A DNA stretch of 63,625 nucleotides, filler included, from Collodictyon triciliatum (Eukaryota): the NCBI GenBank assembly GCA_043381765.1. It is 6 parts of 6 records of this genome, joined end to end, with 100 filler letters (N's around TTAATTAATTAA, not from the genome) between each part and the next. Parts side by side here need not be neighbours in the genome. Positions count along the whole stretch, not along the records: positions 32,005 to 43,811 come from JBHJMP010002308.1; positions 43,912 to 55,717 come from JBHJMP010002309.1; 4 more parts are not named here. One strand, given 5' to 3'. Each line of letters starts with the position of its first letter. The first letter of the stretch is position 1. Both the position numbers and the translations under genes were made by a program. The notes under the pieces were generated by a model. It saw nothing but the letters and a program-made list of their open reading frames with translations, was not told where the DNA came from and ran no database searches. Positions 39,001 to 50,788 of the stretch are shown piece by piece.

Positions 39001-40911
39001 CATAGAGTCCCCGTCAAGTTTGATGAATTTTTCAAAACTTTATCCTGAGGAAACATTTGCTGAAAGAGAAGTGTCTAAAAAAGAGATGATAATACGTTGC
39101 TATGAAAGGATTTCACAGAATTTGATTGATCAAGGAAGAAACGGCGCCTCTCTTTTCTATATCATGAAAGTTCTTCAATTGGGACTTCAAGAACCCTTAA
39201 ATCACAGGAAAGTTAAGATATATGACATGGTTCACGTTCTATTTTCCATCTTAAAATATGAAACCATATCAAGGTAATTATTTTTTCTTACTTTCTGCCA
39301 TACCTAATTTAAAAATTTTTAATGCATAAACGTTTTTTTTTATCGTAGATATAGATGTTAAATATTTAGCTTATCGTTTGTCAAAATTTGACCATTAATT
39401 TAAATAGACACTATCTTTATCTAAGTGGTAAACACGGAAGGCAGCTATCTGCTGATGATAGGTCATTGTTAGATATTTGAATATGATGCATGAAATTTGA
39501 ATAATTCTTTAATTTTAAAAGTCAGGATAATATCGAAGAAATAATATTGAAGAAAAATCACACTTGAATAGATCCAACCGAAGGAACGATATCTTCCGGA
39601 TAGGGCATGAAATGATAAATGTTTCTAACTGTGGTAACTTTCGGGAAGTTCAGCGTCTATATTTGAGAATAACATACCTTACAGAAAGTCATCTCGATTT
39701 ACATGTTAAGGTAAAAATTTTTTTATTATTCCATAAATTTTGATAATTTGAAATTTAAAGCTATCGTTAAAAGAATACTACTACAAGGTATATTGTCGAG
39801 CAACGTTAGCCTTATCGTACTTTTACGTCGGTCCAGTCATTAAAGGATTTGCAGATATCCAAGCATTAAAATATTATGAGACACAGCATGAAAATCAAAA
39901 AAATTGGATGCTCACCATGACTGGGTTGCTACATATTCGGTATAACGTGGGAGACAAAGATGTGATCAGAAATAGGTTCAGTCAACTTTCCTTCGATTTA
40001 TCCTGCTTTGGTATTAAAATATCGAATCAACAGGATAACTAGATTATAGATGTATGAAGTAAAAAAAAAAAAGACAAAGTCTAACAACTTATTACGTCAT
40101 TTTTCAAAAATAATTACATTTAGGTTTATCGAGACATTTTGTATTCAAGAATGTCGTGGAGATGACAAATATACTGCCGACCGAATAATATCTCTAGTTG
40201 TTCTTTCGATAATGATAGGAAATCCCTTCTGTGTTTATTTGGTCTGATTTTACTTTTCTTTTAATCATTCCACTCATTTTTATTTTTAATTGCCATATTT
40301 CCTAATATCTACATTCGAAAAATTGTACTTTTCTCTCAGAAGATTTCAATATTGTACTGTTTTTTTTTATGTTCAATTCTTTTTATGTAAAGCAAATATA
40401 CCTAGCGTGCGCATTTTTAACTGAAACATGAAACCACCGTTTAATAGACAAAGAATGAGCTGCTGGATAAGAAAAACCTCTTTCCACCTCACAAGAAATT
40501 GCTTGCATTGGAGCTTTGCCTGAATTCTATAGCAAATCACATAGCTCGACCCACTGAAATTAAAGAGAGATGCTCGACAAAAACAATACCTGACTTATTA
40601 GAAAACTACCCTCAACTTCAATCATACTTTAGCCACGGAAATGCCTCGGTTGATTATGGAGAGCAAAATAAGGAACTCAACTATTCCATAATATCAGACT
40701 TATTGTCCCATCTGGAGAGTCTTTCTAATAGCAACGCCACTGCATTAAATATTTATGAACGTTACTATGCCTACTTTCATTACCTAAAAAGAGATATAGA
40801 GACCGCCAAAAAATGGGTAACCAGGTAATAATTTACGAAAACAATTATTCCGCAAAAATGAGTTATCATGCTCATATATACAAATATACAAACATTTTTA
40901 TTTTTATTTCG

Positions 40912-41002
<91 letters not shown>

Positions 41003-41153
41003 TTAAGCACGACAGCCTTAAATATACAAACCTTGATTGCGATAGAGCGCTCGACCGCTCAATCGAGACAGCAGATTACTTTGGAGAGTTTGCCTCGTTG
41101 AAGTTCATGCAATACTTGGAAATGTTCGGTGACGAATCCAGTGACGTGTCTAG
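32109..41153 (+). CDS. Soluble adenylate cyclase (ADCY10/sAC-like): two class III cyclase domains, degenerate NTPase domain, helical C-terminus; both ends uncertain
   Basis: VDISGFTKLSE, DGDIIKIAGDALLVLW, ELRQCCVLF, RQFLYDDKGCVAIIAFG, SIGCTSGQVFCSYVGCRSRREYALIGSTVNDAAHLM; many short GT-AG exons continue to about 41150. Confidence 0.85.
32906..33082. repeat. (AAAACAAGAT)n minisatellite in an intron
   Basis: About 17 copies of a 10-bp unit. Confidence 0.9.
36385..36414 (-). repeat. Short A-tailed dispersed repeat, copy 4 (reverse strand, cyclase intron)
   Basis: Reverse complement CATTTTGAATCGAATAAAGAGGAAAATGGC between ATTTATCCC direct repeats (36376 and 36415). Confidence 0.65.
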
Positions 41154-41317
41154 GTACAGTATCATCCATTCACGTACCTTTTGGTATCTCGATTTCTCCC
41201 TTCACTCCATTTTTACTTTGAGAAAATGGACTTCTTGGGACACCAAAGTGGTTTCTTACCTTCCAAATGGGTCCTTAATCGCTTTTATGCCCTTAAAATA
41301 ATAATTATAACAATAAC

Positions 41318-41353
<36 letters not shown>

Positions 41354-41365
41354 TATAACAATAAC

Positions 41366-41462
<97 letters not shown>

Positions 41463-42136
41463 GCATCAATGGAGCTGCGATACACTCAATCATCGTATTT
41501 GCCTTATTTTTTTTTTCATCTAAAGTGTTTTGCGCTTACATTTATATATATGCATGAACTAATAACTTATACCCTAGAAAATATCAACACAGTCAGGCAC
41601 ATTACAATGCACTACTAGATAAGCTTGGTTCTCATGAGATAAGTCATAATATTACGGAGAACCCTTTCTTGTAATCAACACAAGGTCGCAGTGGTCTGTT
41701 AACAGCTCGGTAGTATACACATATGCATATGTATTATGTGTGCTCGAGCATGATTCAATTAAGACCTAAACGTGCGTATCACCACATGATTCTGTCTCCT
41801 TCTATCTCTGTCCATCCTGGCTTCTCCTATCTCTTATTTTTCTTTCCTTTTTATTTTTTTTTTTTAAAAAAAAGGATATCATAAATAAAATGATTTAACT
41901 AAAAACCAAAGGTTTGAATTATATCTGTATACAAAGTCGACCTCTCTGAATGACTCTCCTTAACCTCAACTTGCATGAACTGACATAGTCGATATCTTGT
42001 TATCATTATTATTTTTTCACTTTTCGTACGAAGCCTTAAAAGAAAAAGAAAAAAAAGGAGGGGAAAATGATTCACTTTATGTCCAAAGAGACTCACTGCG
42101 TTTTCGTGCAGCAGAGAAAAAAAAAGGCTGTATTTT

Positions 42137-43630
42137 TCAAGAATGACGGGGGCAATCATCATGCGGATTCAATTCAGGGAGGGCCACCATCTTAGACTTT
42201 GTGTTTGGCCGAGCCGACTTTGGGGCTTGTTGGACGTAGTTTGCAGAAAACAATGGGAGATGGACCGGGCTTTCACTAACGCGCGGGGGGTTTGTGATGC
42301 CAAGAGGCGAAGATGAATGTGGTCGCTGCAGTGACGTCGGAGTTTCGTTGCGGCTTCCTGGGCGCACCCACGCTTTCCCGTCATGATCGTACCAAAACTC
42401 CACAAGGGCGTATATCAGGGTATCGATGTGGATTTGATTCGTTCTAAAGGAGAATGAGTTACCAAGTGGTTGTTGCATACAAACTCCTGACAACTTGCGC
42501 ATATGATGCTTTCTCCCAAAGATATTTTGGATATCTTTCATTTAAGGAATAGTATCGTGAATAATAATAATAAAAAAAAACTTTGGGCATTCTGAGTGTG
42601 TTGTCTTATAGTGTGATTTTTTTTAAATAATTATTATTTAAAAATGTATAGCGAATTGTTAGGTGCAAAAGTAAGAAGAAAAAAAGAAGAAAAAAGATAC
42701 AGAAAGTAGCTACCAAACTTGATTATAAGAACAGACACTTTGCTTACATATCTTGCCGCCTCAAACAAACTTCCTTCAACTTTTCCATCAAATCGGACTC
42801 GGAAATGTCCGGAAAATTTTTCTTGAAATTTATACTGATCTATTGTTAAAGAAATATGCATTTAAAAGAAAATGCTGTCATAATTCAATACATTTTTTTT
42901 TTTATTGAGATAAAACAATCCTACGGGAATATACATAGGAATAGAATTAGAAATTTGTCGAATGAATGTATTCAAGTGAGGTAGGAATACAAAATAATAG
43001 TCTGGAAAATTATTATTTCATAAAACGATGTAGTGTTTGGAGGTATCCAAGAAATAAATATAGTATTAGGAGGAATAGGAGGAACCGCAGAATCCAAACG
43101 CGTCACTGATATAAATTGATTGTCCTTTAGCATTTGAATAAGAAGCCCGAATCCCCCATTATTTTGGATTAGCGTTACAGTTGACCTTTGGAGGGAAGAA
43201 AAATTCAAGACTAGTTTTATTACATGGGCAAGAAACGTATTTGTTTGTCCTAGAAGGAGAATAAAAAAAAAACTAACACCAAATATTTAAGAGTATGTAC
43301 CGCCATGTATTCATTTTATTTACATGGCAAAGTTGAAGGCTTCCACCGGTATGAGATCCAATAAGCCACAAAACCTTGCAAACAGATGGACAAGTAAATC
43401 TTCATCTTTGTAATGGTCCATACTTCGGATGAGATTTCGAAGATGCTATGTGCGGATGAACGATATGTATTTTAATACAGTCTCCAAAATCACAAATTAC
43501 AACGCATTAATGAAAGGTTGGAGTCTGCTAAAGCAAACCTTCTGCGCAATGCTTTTGAGGCCGTATCGTTGGGACATATAATCATAAGCAAACTGTGATA
43601 CAGCAACCGCCAACGTAGTGGCGTCGGACT
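42137..43630 (-). CDS. Hypothetical multi-exon protein, 3' part
   Basis: Spliced exons SQFAYDYMSQRYGLKSIAQK|HLRNLIRSMDHYKDEDLLVHLFARFCGLLD, later IHIDTLIYALVEFWY and a Ser/Pro-rich tail. Family not confidently recognised. Confidence 0.55.
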
Positions 43631-43811
43631 GTAAGACAGTCGATGTAATCAGAACGATTGCCAAAATAAACAGGCTAAATGTGCATATTTACTGAAGAGA
43701 ATGAAGTGTCTTGAAGAAAGAAGAAAGAAGAAAGAAGAAAGAAGAAAGAAGAAAGAAGAAAGAAGAAAGAAGAAAGAAGAAAGAAGAAAGAAGAAAGAAG
43801 AAAGAAGAAAG

Positions 43812-43911
43812 NNNNNNNNNNNNNNNNNNNNNNNNNNNNNNNNNNNNNNNNNNNNTTAATTAATTAANNNNNNNNNNNNNNNNNNNNNNNNNNNNNNNNN
43901 NNNNNNNNNNN
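43812..43911. other. Artificial contig linker
   Basis: N-run, TTAATTAATTAA, N-run. Confidence 0.95.
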
Positions 43912-44189
43912 TCCCGGCAACCGATGCCTCTCCGAATCCCTCGGGCCTGGGCGATGACCCGTCTGCAAAGAGCAAAGCGTGTCTGATTTTATGAGCCCTT
44001 CGCCTTTATCTTCCCTTATTATACATACATACATACACAAACTTCTCTTTCGCGAGTATCGCCACTATCTGCCGTCCCCTTGGCCATCTCTTTCATTTTC
44101 TTTTATTAATTCTGCTCTAGCCACATGGTTCTGATGCGAACCAATAATGAATAATGATACCATTCGCAAATCCTGCACGACTATGCTAT

Positions 44190-44360
44190 GAGTCTCTCGC
44201 AAACGCCGCACGTTTTGACAACGATGCAAAACAGTCTTAATCCCATACTAGAAAAGGCATACAATATTTCGATTGGCAAGCCTGGTGCGCTAGTATCCAA
44301 GGTCTCACCACTTTTTTCACAAAGATTGTGTAGTGGTGAAGGCTGCCAGGGAAAGACCCA
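44190..44360 (-). ncRNA. Candidate Fanzor omegaRNA scaffold
   Basis: Directly 3' of the Fanzor ORF; at least five mutually compatible stems (see findings). Ends approximate. Confidence 0.6.
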
Positions 44361-44372
44361 ACAGCCTGTTTT

Positions 44373-46259
44373 TTAAAAGAGAGGTGTATGCATATTTGGA
44401 AGGATTAAAACAACTTTCTTGAGTCTATCATTAGCGCTGTTAAAGTCCCCTGTCAAGAATACACTTTGTTTGCTTTCTGAGCGATTGCATTCTCTACATA
44501 TGAGACATCTAAACACGTTTTTTGAGTTTCCTTTCAGTTTCATATATTCCAGTTCTTTTTCGCAGTGGCGACACATCTTGGAGGTTCTAAATTCATCTAT
44601 GCTAACTTGTTCAAAACGTTTGGATAGTATTTTTCGTAATCCTCTTCCGATTGTTGGCATAAAATGGTTCGTCTGAGATTTTCTGCTCCAGTCTCCATAC
44701 GCCAGTACAACATCCTTGCCAAAGGTCTTTTCGATTCTCTCCATAAACAATTGTTCACTTCCTTTTCGTATTTACATACTGTCTCCATCTCATCTTTCGA
44801 AAAGTTACTTGTTCATAAAATCTGGATAGTTCTATCTGATATCTTGATTTCATAGATATATATTTTCGAAATTTTTCATAATCGACCGTGCATGAATTAT
44901 GTTTATTCCGTTTTGTCTCTAAATCGATTAAAGATGCTCTTGATGTCTCAAACTGCTGATTCTCTTCAAAGTCCTGTGACCAAAAGAAACAGCACTTTGT
45001 AAATCTGTTGTCATACATATCCCTGAAGCATTGTACTTTTTTTTTTCGTGAAAGAGAATTTTGTGATTTTTAAGAGATTTGCTATTATGCCTTGTTTGGT
45101 GTGCTGTGCAACGTAATTTCTTACCTGTCTCATCCACCATGTAAACCAAATTAAACTTGCCTGCGCCCACTCTAACTAATTTTTTTTTTATTCGCTAATA
45201 AAGATAACTGCTCTTCGGAAAGTTCATCTACATAAATGTATTCTTGGGTTTTCTTTTGATTATATTTGATTCTTAAATTTGAAATACCTTTCTTTCCAAA
45301 AAATGATGACACCGCCAAGCTGTCTGTTTGTATAATGTATATAAAATTGTAGTCTCTTTGATGAAATATCCTCTCCTTCATTTCAAAGAACTTATACCAT
45401 ATGGTCTCCTTGCATCCTGATATATTCTTCAGTAATACTGTTTTTTCCGATGATACTAATAAATCTATCAAACATGCAGTATCTAGATTAATATGACATG
45501 GTATATTGGTAGTTCTTATAGAGATTGGTTGAAGCAGTTTGGTTCCAATGTCCTCAAAAATGTGATTCATGTATATCAGACATGGAATGTACTTATTCGG
45601 ATTGACTTTGATGTCATATTCGATACCCTTTACAATATCGCTGGTTATGATATGGTGCATATGCGTTGTAGCCCATTCTTTATATTGTTCATGTATTTCG
45701 AGCTTCTTGAAGATGGATTTTTTTTCAACTTTCGTAACTCTACCTTTTTAGTAGCTTCCGTAATATTCTTCATATTTAGGAACTGTTTGATTTATAAAGC
45801 GCAGTAGCCTCTTTAAAAATGTTCCTTAATGTTATTATGATAAGCTGTGAACATTTGCTTCGCCAAGTATGGTGATACATGAGAGAGTCCAACCAACGGA
45901 AAGCCTTCTTCTCGGGACAAAAGGAATCGAAAATAACTAAGTTAAAAGGTCATCATGCCATCTCTCAAACCTGGATGTTTTAATATTGTGCGTTTATCTT
46001 GTGGAACTATTCCGACTGTCTTTAAAACATACAAAAAAAACATTTCATCGATTGTTGGGAGCTGTTGTGATTTCAATATGTAACATCTTGCAAACAGATA
46101 AGTGTGGGTAACCAAATTATGACACAATAAAACCGTATCGTTGATTTTGTAATAGCTATCCGCATTCTTTACATCCGACTTTAGAGATGTTTTCACATTT
46201 CGATAGTCTGGTTTTACAGACTTTAGATTCTCAGACTCAAGGCGTTTTCTTTTCTTCAT
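44373..46259 (-). pseudogene. Decayed Fanzor (eukaryotic TnpB-family RNA-guided nuclease)
   Basis: Collinear intronless fragments: VKTSLKS..INDTVLLCHNLVTHTYLF, YHNNIKEHF, KLLQPISIRT..INLDTACL, IQTD, RuvC-I region LVRVGAGKFNLVYMVD, YGDWS..PTIGRGLRK, RuvC-II IDEFRTSKMC, CRHC/CREC zinc ribbon, RuvC-III TGDFNSA. Several stops and frameshifts. Confidence 0.9.
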
Positions 46260-46966
46260 GTGAAAGTCTTTGTTTTACTTTTTCCTTTAGAAAAATACCG
46301 AGCTTTCAATTTTAGTAAAACTTTAGTCAATTAGTCAATTTGATATATAAATAAAATCATTTTATGTAAAATTAAGCATCTACCGAGACTTTCAGAGTAT
46401 GTGCATTGTGGAAAACAAACACACGAAGTTTTTTTTTTTTTGTATAAGTGATTTGAGACAAAACGCTGAGAGCCGTTTCGGCGAGTTCGAAAGGACGACC
46501 GTATAGCCATTTCGATTGAAAGCCAACATATCGACTTCAAACAACATGATTACCGCCGCAAGTGTGGATAGTATGCTTTTTTGAAATGCATGTTTGGTGG
46601 CAGTTTATAGGGTGGGTTCTGTCTGGACTAACACAAGGGCTTGTTTGTAATTTTTTGGATTTTAATTAGATAATGGAAAATATAATATAAATTGATTATA
46701 TGAATTAAATGAGATTATCAAGTATTTTTAACCCTTATTATATTATTCCAAGCATACTATTATATTGTTCAGGTTGTTTCTTGGATTCATCAAAGCTCCT
46801 GCTTTCGTCAATCAAGATTTAATTTAGTGGTTGTCTGTGCAACAAACTGCTATATATGAGTATACTTTCGTTGTATGAAAAGTGTTGTGCCTTGAAAGGG
46901 ATAAAACCGAGCTCGTCACAACCTTTGTAGTGAAGTGTATCCATTTACAGGCTGGATGAGACCGAA

Positions 46967-47250
46967 GAAAAAAGGTAAGGAAAAAGAAAAAAAGGAAAAA
47001 AAGAAAAAAAAGAAAAAAAAGAAAAAAAGAAAAAAAAGAAAAAAAAGAAAAAAGAAAAAAGAAAAAAGAAAAAAGAAAAAAAGGAAAAAAGAAAAAAAGA
47101 AAAAAAGAAAAAGAATAAAGAAAAGAATAAAGAAAAGGAAAAGGAAAAAGGAAAAAAGAAAAAGAAAAGAAGAAAAAGAAAAGAATAAAGAAAAAGGAAA
47201 GGGAAAAGGAAAAGGAAAAAGAATAAAACAAAACAAAACAAAACAAAAGA
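46967..47250. repeat. A/G-rich low-complexity tract
   Basis: (A5-9G)n-like run. Confidence 0.9.
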
Positions 47251-48056
47251 TGAATGAACCAGAGCAACTAATACTGAGTATTATATTCATACTTATCTGG
47301 CTACCCGTGAGCCGATGGCTAGAGCTCTAATCTTATAACCCTCTCTTCAGTTGTTTCTTGTTCTCTTCGATTCCTTGCGTGAATCCCTTGGTCATGGAGC
47401 CTTTCATCTCTTTGCTGGAGCATCTCCTTTTGCCGTCGTTGTCTATCACGAACCCGCTTCTTTGCTAGTCTGCCTTCCCTTTCTCCAGTGTCTCATTTTT
47501 CCTCTTGACTTTTGTAAGTCCGCTTTTTCTCACCCTCGCTATCTTATTATATTTTTTATACCCAAACATCTGGAGCCTTGACCGTTGCTCACGCTGACTG
47601 GGCGTGGTAAAATGACCCTTTTGCTTATATTCTTGCTCCGTCAAATCGAACTATATAGTTTTTATATTAATGCGCCGTTCGATATTCAAACTTCTAAAAC
47701 ATCATCATTTATTATCAATAAATCCGTCAATAAAATACCTCTATCATTTCGAATGCTGTAAAACTTAATCACTGTTTTTATACGCAACTGTTCTAACTCA
47801 CTTCATGGAGGGGGATGTTTGGCTTCACTTGACTCTTTATTTTACATATAATCCTCATACCAGAGAATAAATAATATTTGTTGTTTTCTTCCATGGGTTG
47901 CAATATTGTATGCTTTGAGATCTCGCTATGATGGCAGGCTAGGAGCGTTGGAGTCGCCCATGCCACAGAGTTGTCCTCATTGCACGTTGCATGCTTATGC
48001 TCCGTGTGCAAAAGACTATCACTACACCTCTTCGATCGATCCGTCTTTGCTCCCCC

Positions 48057-48203
<147 letters not shown>

Positions 48204-48325
48204 CCTCTTTCCTTCGTTGCTCGCGTAGATCCCTGATAATTGTGGATGTTATAGTCAAGAGCCCTGCTCCACCGTGCTTTTCTACACAGCCGACGGGCTC
48301 GACTCCACCGCAGGCGAGGCAAAGG

Positions 48326-49198
48326 ATGAACCGACCAGGCCCGACGATTCCGTCTCTTGCGCTGGGACTCGGTCTTCCCGCTGCAAAGAGTCCCCTGAAC
48401 GACTCTCCTGAGACAACCAAGTTCAACTATGAGGTTGCGCTTCAGCTAGTCGAGCAGCCAATCGCTGTGAAAGTGGAGTTGTCTGACGGACGGTTGTTCT
48501 CTGCAACCTTTTGTGTTGGAGATACTTTCGCCACAGTGAAAAAGTATCTACAGGACAACCACGGAATTGAATACCATCGCTTGACTCTGTATTCCGGCAA
48601 GCGAGTTCTTCATGATCCACTGTCCATAAACGATGTGCCGGACCTGGTGGGCTCGAAAAGCCCTGTGATCCAGGGTGTTTTCAAGGTACGCTGAAAAGAC
48701 TCATGTTTCCCAATTTTTATTACAATTATTTTTATTCATCTATCCATTTAAATATCTTTTCATTTGATGATTGATTTATTGATTTATTGATTTATTGATT
48801 TATTGATTTATTGATTTATTGATTTATTGATTTATTGATTTGTTATTTATTTGTTATTATCTCATTCACGCATGCTCGGTTTATCCAAGTAGTTTTTGTT
48901 TTTGTTTTTGTTTTTGTTTTTTTTAAAAAAAAAAAATAAGAAATCAATAAACGGAACATGTCAGGAGCAACAACCGAACTCATTGGATGCTGGAGATACC
49001 CTTATTCAAGCTGCTCTTGAGGCCCCGGTAGCCCTGTCTGACGACCCCCAAAAGTCTCAAGAGTTTGAAATGGGTAGTGAGTGGGCCGTAAAAACGTATA
49101 AAAAGGGTCTTTTAAACGGTAAAAAGAAGGGGAAAAGCAAGTATGAAATCGCACCTTTGGAGGAACCTAAAAGGTCTCTTGCATGCACAATTCTCTAG
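48326..49198 (+). CDS. Ubiquitin-like domain protein with C-terminal CaaX (two exons)
   Basis: Exons 48326-48685 and 48965-49198 in phase; beta-grasp-like IAVKVELSDG..GDTFATVKKYL..LTLYSGKRVLHDPLSIND; ends KKKGKSK...ACTIL-stop. Confidence 0.7.
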
Positions 49199-49824
49199 CA
49201 CATCACCGCAGGGAGTCGCTGGGCTTATTATTATCTCTGGTTTGTCTGTGTATGCATACAATAGACCTACCAGAAGCGCAATACTCTTGTCACCATTTAT
49301 ATATGTATATTCACATATAAATGATGACAATTCTTTACTTCAAACCCAAAAGCAATCGCACATATATTCACCTTTCTTTGAACAGGGACGCTAGTTCATA
49401 TGGGTCTGTATGGCTTATATTACTATTTCTCGAGTTAATTTCTAAACGTCAAGTCGTACATAGGAGCACTTCTATAATAAGAGACACATTTCTTCGTTAT
49501 TCAATTCCAACATGTCTGTCAGAAAATGAGATGGTACATCATCAATCAATGAGAACTACGTTACCAATATCCTTAGTTGTCTCTCGCTCACTCGCATCTA
49601 GTGCTCTTTTCAGGCTTAATTTCATAATGCGATTTTGTTTTCCTTGATGTATGTACAAAATGACACTCCGTTTTTTTGTGTATCCGTTCAAAAAAATATA
49701 AAGTCATTAACACAGAAGGGGCAATTAACGTTGCATCGAAAAAAGTAAACCAAGAGCTCTAAAATGATTCAAAGTGGATAACAATAGGAAATAACCAACT
49801 TGTGGTTGAGATTTTACCAAAGAA

Positions 49825-50290
49825 ATGACTTCAATTTTGCATTACGGATGCCCAGGCACCAATAACATGGGTGTATCACAATCCTAACAACAGCACAGAC
49901 ACAGATGAATCACGTAGGAGAAGCTGGGATGGTCATCATGGAGATACAGTTTGCCTAATTCAATAGTATAAATTCCAGCTTTTTCAGTAGGGAATGATCT
50001 TCTCTGTCGTAAACTTGTCTGCTCGTCCATCGTCTCTGCGCCTGGTGTCTGCAAGCACGTCTCTTAGTTGGCAGTTGCCGATGGTGAAACGAGAAGGCAC
50101 AAAGGAGAATGAGTTGGAGCTGGAATCTGTTTCGTTGACCCATGCATCAAATGTGGAATATATTATATTTTCGAGTTCACAAGTAGGATATCTTTTATTT
50201 ATCGTTATATATTCAAATTAAATACACTATTATTTATCTATATTGAATTTTACTACTGCTAAGGTGATTGGCAACATGGTTGCGATCTGA
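49825..50290 (+). CDS. Possible small multi-exon hypothetical gene
   Basis: Four short segments join in phase through GT-AG sites (about 100 aa). No motif recognised. Confidence 0.2.
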
Positions 50291-50674
50291 TCGCATTTCT
50301 CCAACTGCTATCGATACCATCGCGCGATCAAGAACCCGTGAATAAAAGGGGATACTCCTAAGTAGTCGCAATAACAGCCCATTGCTAGCCTGTTGTGCTC
50401 GGCTGGAGCGGCAAAGAAGTTGTTTGGACTGATCAAATCGTTGACTGATCAACTGCCAAGCTCGATTTTTTTTCTTCGAAACAGCAGAAATCATGATCAT
50501 AAGGGGCGACTCCAGTGATTGGGCCCGTCTTCGAACACGAAGACAATATTCGACACCCCACTCTTCTATGATCTCTCCTCTTCAAAGCGCATTAAAACAA
50601 GCTAACTCGCACGTTTTATTTCCTTAAACGCCTCGCGTGATCTCGCTTAATGGAGCAGCCGCAGGAATCACTCG

Positions 50675-50693
50675 ATGCCGTAAGTAGCCGCCC

Positions 50694-50788
<95 letters not shown>

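Larger units (their letters stand above)
44190..46400 (-). mobile_element. Fanzor-carrying element remnant; no transposase seen; ends approximate
   Basis: Intronless Fanzor pseudogene plus structured 3' end. No convincing TIR or TSD resolved. Confidence 0.55.

Noticed and set aside
46370-46490. Terminal inverted repeat matching the Fanzor 3' end (44190-44220)
   Set aside because: Two partial matches (about 46375-46390 and 46457-46487) need several gaps or mismatches; not supportable without other copies.
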